Assembly (NCBI GenBank): GCA_964016885.1 | Contig: OZ024743.1 | Span: 187,674,001-187,738,000, forward strand | From: Eledone cirrhosa | Taxonomy: Eukaryota | DNA: 64,000 nucleotides | Reading direction: 5' to 3' | Part shown: positions 24,852 to 39,199 of the stretch, piece after piece | Numbering within the stretch: position 1 is the first letter of the stretch | How the letters are laid out: every line of letters begins with the position of its first letter | Translations under genes and position numbers: made by a program | Notes under the pieces: model-generated | Seen by the model: only the letters and a program-made list of their open reading frames with translations | Databases searched by the model: none | What the model was told of the DNA's origin: nothing

Positions 24852-25216
24852 TACACCTCTCAAAGGCGATGACACATGACCGTGACCTCTGGCGTCACGC
24901 AGTAATACAGAGTACCCGAATTCCCATGGGTACAAGCTGAAGCATATAGACAATATGCCCCCAGACCCTGCCACTGCAAGGTCGTCGTGGAGGTGCCACG
25001 GCAAAAAAGCACCCAGCCCACACTGTAAAGTGGACGTGTAGGCGCCACGAAAAAGCACCCAGCACTCACTGTAAATGAGGTTGGTGTTAGGAAGGGCATC
25101 CAGCTGTTCCTGTACGAGCAAGGCAGGGTCAGCCGACCAAACACTGCCCACAACAGGACAACCCGTCTAACCCATGCTAGCGTGGAAGAACGGACGTAAA
25201 ACGGTGATGATGATGA
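24852..25216 (+). mobile_element. RTE LINE 3' end in (TA)n (subfamily of the 12.3-15.4 kb copy)
   Basis: Matches 15062-15460. Confidence 0.9.
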
Positions 25217-25324
25217 TATATATATATATATACCAGGTGTGCTTTTCAAACCATTTTTAAAATCATTTTGTTCTTATATGATGTGACCTGTATAATAGAA
25301 CAGACACGCACACACACATATATA

Positions 25325-25866
25325 TCATCATGATCATCATCATCGTTTAACGTCCATATTCCACGCTCGCATGGGTTTGGGCGGGAGTTTTCCCACTTGA
25401 GGCAAGAGTGGTTGTCTTGTTCGTATAGGACTGTCTGGTGGGTTTTCTATGGCTGGATGCCCTTCCTAACACCAACCACATTTACAGTGTGGAACTGGGA
25501 GGTTTTTACCGTGTTACCTACACAGCCACATTACAGCGTGGACTGTGTGTTTTTTGTCGTGACACCTACACGACCTCATTTGTTTCGGGCTGGATGTTGT
25601 GGTACCAACATAACTTTACATTGAAAGGGGTGGTGTGGATGGGGTGGGGGTAGTGGGACGGGGGTGTATTTTTGTTAGAGGTGCCTACTGACTGTAGTAG
25701 GTTTCATTTTTCACTTAGGTAAGGCGGGTCTTCTCTATTACTGTGTAGCGCCAAAGATCTCGGTCCAGTGACATTGTCTTGGAGAGGTGTAAGTGTGTGA
25801 GGTCGGAATTGATCAAGTCGTCCCAGGTTTTTCTGGGTCTGTCTACTCCGTGGCTGCCTACTCCGT
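25325..25866 (-). mobile_element. RTE LINE 3' end
   Basis: Matches 16315-16860. Confidence 0.9.
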
Positions 25867-25899
25867 ATGTATGTATATATATGTATATGTATATATATG

Positions 25900-25932
<33 letters not shown>

Positions 25933-26589
25933 ATAAATCTCTATATATATATATGTGTGTGTGTGTATGTATATATATGTGTGTGTGTGTATGTATATAT
26001 ATGTGTGTGTGTGTGTGTATGTATATATATATGTGTGTGTGGGTATATATATATATACATATATCATAAAAATAAAATGGTTTGTAAATTTATATCTTCA
26101 TATTTTGTCAGACAGAAAATAAACACTTAAAGAAAATAATATTTTCTACAATTGTAAACCATCGGAAATATTTAACTACAAAGAAAATAGTACTTAAGTA
26201 GCTATAATGATAGATTCTTATCTACATATGAATGGAAAAAAATTCTCAAGATTTATAACTGAATAGACAATTTGCTGTCTATATGTTTTTTAGTAATTAC
26301 TTTTCTTTTTTGCATGACTTTCCTTATCAAAATAAGGAAACTAAAATGGGAGTTATTTATATAAGGACACTTGTGAAAGAAAATATTTTAAATTCTTAGT
26401 GAAAAACAATCTAATGAAAAGAATTGGCTACTGTTAGTATCCTGTGCATGATAAATCTATTACTTATTAGAATATAACATTTAAGCACTACTTAGTTTAT
26501 TAATTTCTATTTCACAGTTATGGGACACAAAGGGACATAAATCGACCCAAATATAATTATCAGCATCTTTTTTTGAAATCCGTTGTTGG

Positions 26590-26735
26590 GGAATTGGCAG
26601 AGTTGTTAGAAGATTGGATAGAGTACTTTGAGGTATCCGTTCCAGCTTTCTGATCTCTGAGTTCAAATCCTGCTGAGTTCAACTTTACCTTTCATCAATT
26701 TCAGGTTGATAAAATAGTACCAGTCAAGTATTGGA
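26590..26735 (+). mobile_element. SINE family A-related, diverged
   Basis: gaattggcaga...gagttcaaatcc...cctttcatc...gataaaatagtaccag. Confidence 0.7.
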
Positions 26736-27182
26736 ATCTAATCTTCCTCTACATCTCTTCCTCACTTCTTCTCTCACCCTTGCTCCTTCTCTGGAAGAAG
26801 TCTGCAGTGATAAGACCTGGAGGGGGATAGGCTCTGATTGGCTTAAAATGCTCAAGTAATGCCATATGTCAATACGATACCAATATGACTCTATCAGGAG
26901 TTATGGGACCATACCATACCACCAATATAAACATGGACATTGATGCAGACATACACACACATACCCTCACACACATATATATTTGACATAGAGCTTCCCT
27001 CTCCAAAATTCCACTCATACAGTATTGTTCTACCCTTGTTATAGTGGAAACACTTGCTCAAGTTTCCACAGAGTGTAACACAACCCAGATCACATGGTTG
27101 AGAAGTGAACATTTTCACGATGCAGCAATGCCTGAACCTATATATCTTTACTTCATTCTGCTAATTTTTCTTGTGGTTTAAT

Positions 27183-27365
27183 GAGAGCCAGATTAAATTC
27201 TTTTCAGGCCCTAAGCACTTAAAAGATCATCACCACCTACCACCAATGTTTTTTTAAGTGATAAATAATTTTTTTTTTAAATGATAAATGCAATTAATTT
27301 GATTAAAATAATGCACCTCTTCCTTTGATGTCCCAGGCATGTGCATATTGATTAATCCAGCCCTG
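27183..27365. mobile_element. MITE (hAT-like terminal inverted repeats), decayed
   Basis: Left gagagccagattaa and right ttaatccagccctg (CAGGGCYGGATTAA-type TIR); internal ggccctaagcact. Confidence 0.55.
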
Positions 27366-27999
27366 ACGAAGTATCAGTGCTATGTATATGGTTCTAGTTA
27401 ATATTGTTGCTAAACCCAAAGTAAGCTCTAGTAGAGCAAAAGTTTGATTAAATGGATTCTACTCATGATTGTTCTGTTATTTATTCAACAATAGTGTTGG
27501 CTTCAGTATAATCAGATGAATATATGCTCTGCATGTGACAAATGAGGGAATATTACAAGTTATGGGTTGCTGCAGTAGGATGCAATATGTTAAGATAGTA
27601 CAATCTGTAGATGAGAGACTTGTCCTGAATGTTTGCATGGTTAGTTTTAGCCTAACACAGCTGTAATTAATATGATTAAATTATACAACTATCATCCTCC
27701 ATATGCATCACATATCTGTACCAGTGCAGCTGTCTCTCTTGCGCACTCCATCTAATTCTTTTTATATTCACTAACAAGAGTGTTTAGTTGGATTCACTTA
27801 GGGATCCAGCCAAATCATTTAGAGATGTTTACTTCTGACAGGACCTTCTGGAAGGCATGTTTTGCAACTCTGCCCCCACAACCCTCCCATGAATATGTGG
27901 ACAGTAAAGAAGAAATGAAGAAGATTTGAGAACATGTTTTTTTTGCCATTTATATCCTCCCTCACTCTCATTCTTTATCTATCTTTACCCCTTGGATGT

Positions 28000-28200
28000 A
28001 TCAGAACACCCAATAGGCTTCTTTGTGCCAACCTCCCCCACCATTCCCATGATCTTCTTTTGCAGCCAACTTGATCATGTTGAAGAAGAATGATGGTGAC
28101 ATGCAGCCCATTGCAGTGGGTAACATCAGGTAATAACCTTTGGTTAGTAGAACATGGGGTAACATACAAAGAAATGTTGTGTCCCTAAATTTAGCCTATA
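28000..28200 (+). mobile_element. CRE-like non-LTR RT fragment
   Basis: FAANLIMLKKNDGDMQPIAVGNIR resembles the CRE-clade L.ALxKKDGGIRPIAVG motif. Confidence 0.55.
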
Positions 28201-29027
28201 AATCAGTGTGCTGGATTTAACAAAATAAAGTAGCGTTCATGTACTGGAATTGATTTATATTTCTATAATCCATCCTGGATGTGTATAAACATATTAGAAG
28301 AAAAGAAAATATGAAAAGAATGATCTTTCTTTCTGACAGTTTTTGAGAAAAGAAGAAGCAAAGAGCAGAGAGCAGAGCAGTGTCATGTATGCTGAAGAAA
28401 ATTTCAAATCGTAATTGTGAAATCAATAGTCAAACAATTTAATAACATTGACACTTCTCTGCAGTCCTAAGAAATGAGACCAATTAATACCTAATGTTAT
28501 TTAAAAAAAATTTTAATGGTGATAAAGTATGGACTCAGTATAAACATGAGAGAAAAGTTCCATTTATTATGTTGATAAAAAAGAAAAAAAAATGATGCAT
28601 AATTCACAATAAAGCAGCAATTAAAATATAATCGCAAAAGAATTTAAATTAAATAAAAAATATGACAGACAAAAAACATATAAATGTTAATTTCAATGCC
28701 ATTCAGATTTGAAAGAATTTGACAAAAAATATTATTTAATTTTTTAATTAATTGACTGAAACAACTTAAAACAAAAATGTCAAAAGCAATTTCAGGTGAA
28801 ATATTTTCAAAATTATGAGCAAACATAAAATTCCAATTAATTACCCAAAGATGAAATATTTCTGTATGTTTTCTGGTTTGCTTGACTATATCACATGCAT
28901 ACATTCTCTCTCTCATTCATACATTCTCACATGCATACATTCTCTCTCACATTCGAAGAACACATTCATAAGCATATATGTTCATAGAAAATGTTATCTC
29001 AAATGTAGAAGATGACTGTAATAGCAG

Positions 29028-29450
29028 TCATCATCATCATCATCATCATCAGCGTTTAACGTCCGTGTTCCATGCTTGCATGGGTTTGGACGGGGGTTTT
29101 CCCACTTGAGGCAAGAGTGATTATCTTGCTCGCATAGGACTATCTGGCAGGTTTTCTACAGCTGGATACCCTTCCTAACACCAACCACATTTACAGTGTG
29201 GGGCTGGGAGGTTTTTACCGTGTTGCCTACACGGCCACATTTCAGCGTGGACTGTCTGGCGGGTTTTCTACAGCTGGATGCCCTTCCTAACACCAACCAC
29301 ATTTACAGTGTGGGGCTGGGAGGTTTTTACCGTGTTGCCTACACAGCCACATTACAGCGTGAACTGTGTGTTTTTTTGTCGTGACACCTACACAATCTCA
29401 TTTGTTTCGGCCTGGATGTTGTGGCATAACTTTACATTGAAAGGGGCGGT
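29028..29450 (-). mobile_element. RTE 3' UTR fragment with a ~114-bp internal tandem duplication
   Basis: The block ggacta/gtctggc.ggttttctacagctgg...cagcgt is repeated at about 29138 and 29250. Confidence 0.85.
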
Positions 29451-29854
29451 GTCAGTTGCTATAAATGATAGCTTAGAAGATTGAGTAAAATACCCGCTAT
29501 TGACAGAAAAAATGGCCAGCATCTTCTATGAAAAATAAAAATCCATACCCCTCATATAAATATAAACACATATCATCATTGTAATAATTAATGAACAATT
29601 TTGAGGAATTTACTAAGATGATTAAATATTTCATTACCAAGATAATATGATTCTGATATGAAATTATGGTGGGAAATTTTTATTTAAATTGGAAATCTTT
29701 AAAATAGATAATTTTCTTTCAAAGAGCCAGTATCAGTCCTTACTACTTTGGGATCAAAATGTGGGTGTGTAAATATATATATATATATATATGGTCCTAC
29801 CCATGTTAGCGTGGAAGATGGACGCTAAACAATGATGATGGTGATATATATATA

Positions 29855-30590
29855 TAAATGTAAGTATGTATACGTACATACATATATGTATACAGACGTA
29901 CAATAGTATGTATATATATACATACATGCACACATATATATATGTACGTATGGGTTTACCGAACATTTATTATAATGTTCGGTTTGTTTGTAAACAAACT
30001 GCCCGAATTATGCCGTACAGTGTTCGGCAACCATTGTCGCCCTTTTGTTCAACACTGACAAAGGAACGATGAACTAGTTTCAAGCTTATTAGCTATCATC
30101 AGCATCATATATCTTCCTGTTAGATTATTGAACGTTGGAAAGTATATACTTTCCTTATGCATATTAACGGCTGAGCAGCCTAATTTGCATATCGAGTGAG
30201 TTAGTCGGCCCGGCGTTCTGAAAACGATAAATGGAAAAGAATGAAATGAAATTTCATTTCTCACTCTTAGTACGGCTGATACTTAAATGTAAGTATGTAT
30301 ACGTACATACATATATGTATACAGACGTACAGTAGTGTGTATATACATGCACATATATTGCTGAACACTGTACGGCTTAATTTGGGCTGTTTGTTTACAA
30401 ACAAACCGAACATTATAATAAATGTTCAGTAAACCCATACGTACATATATATATGTGTGCATGTATGTATATATATACATACTACTGTACGTCTGTATAC
30501 ATATATGTATGTACGCATACATACTTACATTTAAGTATTAGCCGTACTAAGAGTGAGAAATGAAATTTCTTTTCATTCTTTTTCATTTAT
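29855..30590. mobile_element. HHR-bearing tandem/fold-back element, family H4 copy 1 (429-bp unit)
   Basis: Unit start repeats at 29855 and 30284; inversion at about 30358; HHR on minus at 30068-30106. Confidence 0.85.
30068..30106 (-). ncRNA. Minimal type I hammerhead ribozyme (GUU triplet)
   Basis: GAUG CUGAUGA U AGCU AAUA AGCU U GAAA CUAG UU CAUC. Confidence 0.82.
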
Positions 30591-30596
30591 ATATAT

Positions 30597-30651
30597 ATGT
30601 AAGTATGTATGTATACGTACATACATATATGTATACAGACGTACAGTAGCA

Positions 30652-30713
<62 letters not shown>

Positions 30714-31268
30714 TATACACATATGCATACAGGTACACATACATATATGCACGCATCAGTTTAGCCGACGTTTATTATAACGCCTGCTTTGTTCGTTTGT
30801 TTGTCAACAAATCAAACAGCCTGAATTTATGCCATACGGTGTTAAGGCAACCACGTCACCTTTTTGTTCAACACTGACACAGGAACGATGTACTAGTTTC
30901 AAGCTTGTTAGCTATCATCAGCACCGTTTACCCATCTGCCAGATAGTTGAACGTTCGAAAGTATATACTTTCCTTATGAAAATTAACGGCTGAGCAGCCT
31001 AATTTGCATATTGAGTGAGTTAAATCGGTCAGGCATACCGAAAACGATAAGTTGAAAAAAATGAAAACGAAAAACAAGCTTGAAACTAGTACATCGTTCC
31101 TGTGTCAGTGTTGAACAAAAAGGTGACGTGGTTGCCTTAACACCGTATGGCATAAATTCAGGCTGTTCGATTTGTTGACAAACAAACGAACAAAGCAGGC
31201 GTTATAATAAACGTCGGCTAAACTGATGCATGTATATATGTATGTGTACCTGTATGCATATGTGTATA

Positions 31269-31342
<74 letters not shown>

Positions 31343-31458
31343 TGCTACTGTACGTCTGTATACATATATGTATGTACGTATACATACATACTTACATTTA
31401 AGTAAGTGCCATACTAAGAGTGAGAAATGAAATTTCGTTTTTATTTTTTTCAACTTAT
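30597..31458. mobile_element. HHR-bearing fold-back element, family H4 copy 2 (different subfamily)
   Basis: 30597-30909 is inverted with about 31073-31398; HHR on minus at 30884-30928. Confidence 0.85.
30884..30928 (-). ncRNA. Minimal type I hammerhead ribozyme, intact core (GUA triplet)
   Basis: AACGGUG CUGAUGA U AGCU AACA AGCU U GAAA CUAG UA CAUCGUU: 7-bp stem I, 4-bp stem II, palindromic CUAG stem III. Confidence 0.88.
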
Positions 31459-31969
31459 ATATATATGCATACCGTCTAACCCATGCTAGCGTGTAAGATA
31501 GACATTAAATGATGATGATGATGATGATACATATATACTCATGCACACACACACACACACATATATATATAATAGCAATATAGCAAATGGAAGAATGAAA
31601 CACAGGATGAATGAACAAAAGCATATACCTTCCTCATCAACCATACATTTTGTGCATAATATCATGTCCACAATTGTCCAAACAAGTCACTGGGAATAAG
31701 CATATGAGACAAAACAACAACATAAAGCTAGACCAAAATAATAGAGAGTAACTTTCAACTGGATCTATGATGTAACTAGATCATAAACAACTAATAATTA
31801 ATACATAACAAGAGACAAAAAATGTAACTTGTGCAAACTGTAATGCAGGAAGGGAAGAAATATTTGTAGTGAGTTATCTAAATGGATACATGTGTAGGTA
31901 AAAGAGTTGATAAAATATTTCTTGTCTCTTTCAAATTGTCTCAATAAGTGAAAAACTAATTATATACAA

Positions 31970-32348
31970 GCTGACATTGCCCAATTGCACCTCTGAAAGG
32001 CGATGACACAGAACCGACACCTCTGGCATTATGCAGTAATACAGACGACCCGACTTCCAACGGGTACAAGCCAAAGCTGAAACATATAGACAGTATGCCT
32101 TCACCCGGCCTCCCACAACAAAAAAGCACCCAGTCCACAGTAATGTGGTCATGTAGTCGCCATGGTAAAAAAGCGACCAGTATTTAGGTTGGTGTTAGAA
32201 AAGGCATCCAGCTGTAGAAATCAAGCCAAAATCGGTTCTGTATGAGCAAGACATGGTCACCTGACCTCGCATTACGTACAACAGGACAACCCATCTAACC
32301 CATGCTATCATGGAAGAATGGACGTAAAACAGTGATGATGATGATGAT
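31970..32348 (+). mobile_element. RTE LINE 3' end
   Basis: Homologous to 15050-15460; (GAT)n tail. Confidence 0.85.
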
Positions 32349-32349
32349 A

Positions 32350-32690
32350 CATATTTTCCTTTTCTTCCCCCACATATTCCTGGGTGCGTCGTGGGTGCAG
32401 AGTTCTCAGACATACATTCCAGAGGGTCCTATCAGAAGCAATCATCTCCAGTTGATCCAGCTGGATCCCTAAGGGAGACCAACGAAGTTCATGGATGTTA
32501 TCCAAACACCCACTTCTGGTCTGACTCTGCATCTCCTGCTAGTTGACTTTGTCTGTAAAATCTGTCCAGCGAATCTTTCCCTAGACATTCTAACCACTTA
32601 TCAATAGAATCAGAGCTGTGATCTCTCACTTAAGAGAAGTAGTCATTCTATCTGTAGTGACTCCCTGATCTCTGAGGATGTGTAATGTTA
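32350..32690 (-). mobile_element. Rex3/Expander-like RTE 3' fragment
   Basis: LDNIHELRWSPLGIQLDQLEMIASDR; homologous to 61705-62000. Confidence 0.7.
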
Positions 32691-33865
32691 GTGTGCATGA
32701 ATGTCATAGCATAAGTGAACTGAGAAAACAACCTGGCATAAAAAGAATTGGTTGGAGTTAGCAAGAGAGAAGATTGCATTCATATAGACATGTGATGCAT
32801 ATGGAAGATAGCAGCTACATAAAAAAGCAGAGAAATTCCAGTAGCTGGAACCCATAGAAGAGGCAGACCCAGGAAAACTTGGGATGATGTATAGAAGGCT
32901 GACCTTAAGAAACTAAGTCTCACAACTGAGTTGATAAAGGATGGCACTATGATGTAATGAAAAAACCTGGTCACAAGCATACAATGTGACTTCTGACCAA
33001 TCCCTTTTTCATCCCCTCCCCCCACTCATAACCCCTCAAGTACCACTCCTTAGCTAATCTCCCCTTCTGAAGCCCTTGGATACCCTCACTATTGCACCCT
33101 AATAGCTACTCTCTTTACCAGCTGTGCACCCTCTCCCCTACCACCACTCAGATATTTCTCCATCACTACACTCCCCATCTTCATGCCGTATTCGCCACAG
33201 CATTCACACCCACCACATTATTACATCCCCTCACCCTATATATTATCAGTCACTCCTTCCATCCCTTACTCATCACCCGGCTAAATCACCACTCTAACCA
33301 TACACCTATAAATTCATACCCATCTCCCTACCCTATCACTCCCACAAACCCCACAAAGTAGAGAGAGTTCTTTAGTTGTGACTATGACCAACAACCTCTC
33401 TAGTGACAGTGCTCTGACAATTCACCCAGTACACCTGTAAGTTGATTGGCAAGAGGAAACCATGCTTAGAAGGGTTCAGAGGACCCCCAATCATGTCAAT
33501 GGCACTACAACCTCTCTAGTTTTTGTGGTCTTCACAATAAATATACCCAGAACATGCTGTAAAGTGTTTGGTGAAAGGAAAGGCATCTAGCTGTAGAAAA
33601 CTTTCCAAACAAAAGGTTGTAAAGACTCTCCATTTGTGTCAAGGACATGACAACCTCCCTAAGTCTTGGTGATCTATGCAATAAATGAACCCAGTGCATG
33701 TTGTAAAATTCACTTGGAAGAATGCAAAACTGTATGTAAGTGAGATGTGCATCTCCAGCCTGCCTGGGAGGTCAGTAGCCTTGCATCAGTACTGACTTGG
33801 TCTATGGAGACCTAACCAACTTTTACTAGCAGGGAAAGTTTAGGTTAGATGATGTTGACAATGAT
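32690..33865 (+). mobile_element. Old RTE LINE 3' part with long 3' UTR
   Basis: [29 protein letters not shown]; repeated caacctctctag units. Confidence 0.7.
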
Positions 33866-34239
33866 TATATAGAGTTAGATATAGGGCACAACATTCTGAA
33901 AAGTTTGTTAAGAATGGCCAACTGTTGCTCATGAAGCAAGAATTTTCTCTCTCCTCCATCGCCAGATTTAATACAGCTTATCGTCCGTACAATCACAAGG
34001 AAGCTCAGAACTTAAAGGGCTGAAGCAATTACCATAATTCATTGTTTAACACTTTAACAATTCCCTCAATCCACCACTTTTGATTGCTACCTCATTTAAT
34101 TGACTCCAGGAAAGATGACAGAGAAAGTTGACTGCAATGGAATTAGAACTCGAAATTTAAAAAAGCCAGAACAATATCTGTAAACAGCTTGCTGGACACT
34201 CACAATTTTACCAGTTCTTCACTTAACATACACACACAA

Positions 34240-34270
<31 letters not shown>

Positions 34271-35464
34271 CACACATACATATTTAGATACATACACTTA
34301 TGAACACATCTGTACACTGAGATATGATTGGAGGGAATTGTTTGAATGTACACTCATGTCCAGGGGGCCACACAGTTTTTTTTATTTTGATGTAGACTTT
34401 ATATCTATTCTGAAAAATCGATTGTGGGAATATATTTTTAGATAGGACTATTTGGTAAAACTAAAAGTATTGAAAAATGTTTTATTTGTTATTTACATCT
34501 TATTAATTCCCAAGTGGCATTAGACATCCTGTTTTGCTATAATTAGCAACAGCTGTTTACTTTCATCTTCTTCTATATCTCTTTTCTTGCTACTAAATTT
34601 CTCATGCAGTATTTCCTCCACTCCTGACACATTCTGTTTGATATTTTGACTTCTTATAATCTGTGTCACTTTTTAAGTTAGACTGGTGAAGAATTTTCTT
34701 GCAAAGATATTTATTCAAAGAGGTTGAACTAACAATACTTTCAGAAATCTCAAAACAAATTTATTAAATCCCACCTTGATTGCAAGGTAACACTACTCAG
34801 AAAGTGCTTCACGCATTCTTTCAGCAAGTAGATGGGGAATACTCTGTGTACTCTCTTGATCTGCTAGATATTTCAGCCAAATTTCTATCAAATCACACAC
34901 TACACCATTTTAAAATAGGAAGCACAATAACAATCTTCAACTTAGACAACATACCTGTGGTGTTCATCTATCTCTCATCTCATTGAGGAGAAATCTCCTG
35001 TCAAACTATTATGTTACAGTGTAAATGGATGGGAATATTTCTGAGATACATTGGGATATTCCACAGTTCTGTTAATTTTAACCCACACTTCCTACAGTGG
35101 ATCAACACTTCCTTCTAACTTAAACTTTCACACACTATATATTCCGCATTTGTCCTGCACTGCTCTTATGAAAAATGTCTTTAAAAATATCCGACAATGC
35201 AGCACAAAGAGAAAACTGCTACACATATCAAAGAAATAGTCATGCACATCACCCTTCATATACATAAACAACACATATTTGAAACTTTAGAATTCTTAAA
35301 ACTTTAAAACCATACAAAATGGTTTGCCTCACAGTGTCTGATGATATTGCATAATGATCTTACATATAACAGGAAAAATGCATTCTGAAAACTAGCTTTC
35401 TTATTAGGTACATAAATACTTAATCTCTGATCAGTTGATTACTTCTAAAAGTCTAAAGTTTGTC

Positions 35465-35718
35465 TTAAGTCAGAAGGCTCATTTGGCTGGTGCTTATGCC
35501 GGTTTCATGGTGTGAGGCAACTGAGAGTACAAGACTCCCCCCAGGACAGGGAACCAGCCCAGGGTTAAACCTCCAGATATTGCTGGTACTCATTTTCAGC
35601 TGAGTATACTGGAGCAATGTGAAATGAAGTGTTTTGCTCCAGAACATATGCAACCCAGGAATCAAACCCACAAAATTATGATCGTAACACCCTTACCACT
35701 AGGCCATGTGCCTCCACT
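35465..35718 (-). mobile_element. tRNA-headed CORE-like SINE
   Basis: Minus strand ggaggcacatggcctagtggtaag...gtttgattccct...agcaaaacacttcatttcacattgctccag; similar copy at 60050-60252. Confidence 0.8.
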
Positions 35719-35779
35719 GATTACTTCTACAAAATTCAAATATGACCTATACTGAGATACTGTTCACATCGGTTCTGAC

Positions 35780-36070
35780 AATGAGTGTTCCATTTGCTTG
35801 ACCAATGGAAAAGTCTGAAACAACTGTCCAGTTGGTTAAGCATTTCACAGACATGTAAACCCATTACATGATTCTTAGGGAGATTTAGTGTGACACATTG
35901 AGTGACAAAGCTGGCTCTTTGGATTACAGATACAGCTAGATTTTGCCAACTGAGTGAACTGGAACAATCTGAAATAAGTGTCTTGCTGAAGGACACAATG
36001 CATCACTGGGAATCGAACTCATAACCTTGTGACCTTGAGTCAAACACCTTAACCATTAAGCCATACCATT
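35780..36070 (-). mobile_element. tRNA-headed CORE-like SINE
   Basis: Minus strand tggcttaatgg...gagttcgattccc...ccttcagcaagacactt. Confidence 0.78.
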
Positions 36071-36957
36071 GATTCTTCTAGTACTACAACTATAATGGCC
36101 TCTGTTTTCTCTGCTAATAAGTTCTGTACCACACTGGTAGTAATTAACTTTGTTCTATCATTCCTCCTTCTCTGAGCTGCAAACCTCTGAAATTTTCAAA
36201 CTGACCACAAGCTGCTACTCAACCATGTTCATCTCATCAGTCTAGGAGAGCCTATAATGGATACAAATTAGCACCAGTTTCCTCAGATTTGGGTTTCTAT
36301 CCTATTTAATCAGGTAATCTACTACTACTGTCAGTTTACTGCTATCTTCCATTGCAAATAGATTAAACAATTAGTGTATGGGATCAATATAAGTATACAA
36401 TTTTTATCATGGCACCAAAAAGTCTGCATAACCTTGAAAAGACTGACTGAAACTTTGCAACAATAGCAATAAAATGAATAAAAATGTGTCTGAACCCACA
36501 AAAACACTTATGTTTTAGAGATTGTGATGATAGTGCTGATTGAAAAGCTGGTAATGGTGGTAAAAGGAAAAAGAGGTGTATATCATCATATGGTTTTAGT
36601 GTTAATTAATTGTAACAAATAACATTAGCACTCTTGTCTGTTGTACAGAGTTCTAGGTAATTCTTTTCTTTTTGCATGAATAGAAACTGCAGTAATTAAC
36701 TTATTAGATAAATGGGATACTAACAATTTAATGCCCAACCTTGAATGTTTCATTGAAAACATAGGTTATCTAACATTTATATTATATTGTTGAATAGCTC
36801 TGTGATACAATCCTTTTAGTCATTCCTGGCTGGTACTTTCAATACCTGATACATAATTCGATTACATTAAACCTATCCTCTATTTATGATTTTGTTAAAA
36901 GCTTATGCTTTCACTATTCAATATATACTTCTATTTGTGAGATGTTTTCTCCATAAA

Positions 36958-37018
<61 letters not shown>

Positions 37019-37136
37019 CATATATATAATCATTGTCTTCATCAACATTATTAGTATATTAGTGTGTAGTATTATTGACAGTAATGATAATAAGAATAGT
37101 TGTTGTTCCCATCATCGTCTTTATTATTATTATTAA

Positions 37137-37174
<38 letters not shown>

Positions 37175-37681
37175 TGATATACTTCTTCAAAATAGTTATG
37201 GAGGAATCTATTTTGGTTTATATACATACTTCCTCAATATATAAATTAAATGAATGTAAGCTCTCTTCTCATTGCTATTCAATAAATACAGATACATATA
37301 TGATGCATAGGTGACCAAAAAAAAAAAAGGAGAGGAGATTGTATAGAGCCTTTGTTGCTGACATTGTTTAGAGTTGATTAACTGGATTAAAGTGGTTTAG
37401 CATCATCACTGAAACCATCACAATCTTGATCATGATAACGGGCACTATCATCATCATGATATTTTCTTTTCAATTATTCCTTTATCTGCTATTTCTGACA
37501 CACACACACGCACACACATATATATATATATATAATATGTATATAAATATATATATACATACATATTGCAAGCAGGGAAGAGCGGACGTAAAATGATGAT
37601 GATGATATATATACATATATGTATGTATATAAATATATATATATATATATACATACATATCAACATTCCTCTCTCTCGCTT

Positions 37682-37726
<45 letters not shown>

Positions 37727-39199
37727 CCACCCATATACCCAGAAGGTGGAAAGGGATGTATATGTGTGTAATCATGTCCATTCATTTATATTATATAAAT
37801 AAATGTATAAAAACACACAGATGTTTATATATATACATACCACATACATATGTATTTATATCAGTTGTAAAAGCTATACAAGCAAGACACAAACAATTTT
37901 GGGGAAGCGTGTGCTTATGCAATTAATGAGTTATCAAGCTGTGCATTGAGATTACATGTCATCAGGTAATAAATCCTACATCTATTGAAAGTATCGGCCA
38001 TTTTTATAATGAGAGAATATAACATTGTATAGATTATTAATATCTCTAAAATACTTAAAAGGTTTAGCAAACATGATTGTAAAATCAAAGTTCCTTATTT
38101 CAAAGATAAGATATTATCACATTATCGGTATTATGGTGTAAATTATTTAGATTATTACACATCATTACTTGTGTCTTTATTGTTTTCCATCATACAGAGA
38201 GCTTTTATGATCACCATAATTTTCATCAACATCATTTTTATCATACAAATCTCATGACAACAGTTGCCACCACTGCAAACAACACACAAGCTGCTACAGT
38301 TTTATATTATTAACAACTGTTATCCTTAACCTGTTTATTATTTCCCAAATTATTAGATTTGAGAGAACTCTTTAGTCTGGCCATGCATGTGACAATCTCT
38401 CTAATGTTGATGCTATGATAAAATGCAATATAACTTGTAAAGTGTTAGTGTTGGTGCAACAATAATACGCCCAGTACACTCTGTAAGGTGTTTGGCATAA
38501 AAAAAACAAATACGAAAAGTCTGAGCAAGATGAGGCTGTTCAAACCTGTCTAACCCAAGCCAGCATGGAATACAGGCGTAAAGTGATGATGCTGATGATG
38601 GTGAGGATGATCCTTATTGATATTTATGTGGACTATAGTGAATTTAGGTAATATCTTGTCTAAATTGCATCTTTGCTAGTATGAAATTTGGAACCTCAAT
38701 AGCTGCTACTCTTTGATGTTCTGGGTGACATTCAGCATGAACTATATGCAGAGTGACCATTGAGAAATTCTAATACGATGGCTATTAATAGTGGAAAGAT
38801 AATACCAAATAAACAGCTACTATTTGCCTGAAACTCTATGAGACACCTGGATTTGCCTGGCAGCTAAATTATCATCTGTGAATCAAATTGTAGAAGAAAC
38901 TGTAAACATTGTTCAAAATGATAGGGCAACAGAATAGTAGAATTGTTTGAGCATTGGAAGAAATGCTTTGAACCAATTTAATCGACTTCCCCTTTCCACA
39001 AATTGTTAACCTTTTGCTTAAATTGGAAATAATACGCTGGTGGATTGGCCAAATCATTAGGGTGTTGGATAAAATGAATCTTATTGAAGTCAAGTTTGCC
39101 TTTCATCCCTCTGGGGTTGATAAAATAAGTACTGGGTATATATAATCAATTTTCCTTTCTCCCCGAATTGCTGGCCTTGTGCATATATAATTATTGAAA

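Noticed and set aside
35330-35400. CTGATGA...TGAAAACTAG possible hammerhead
   Set aside because: No stem I complement and no proper UH site.
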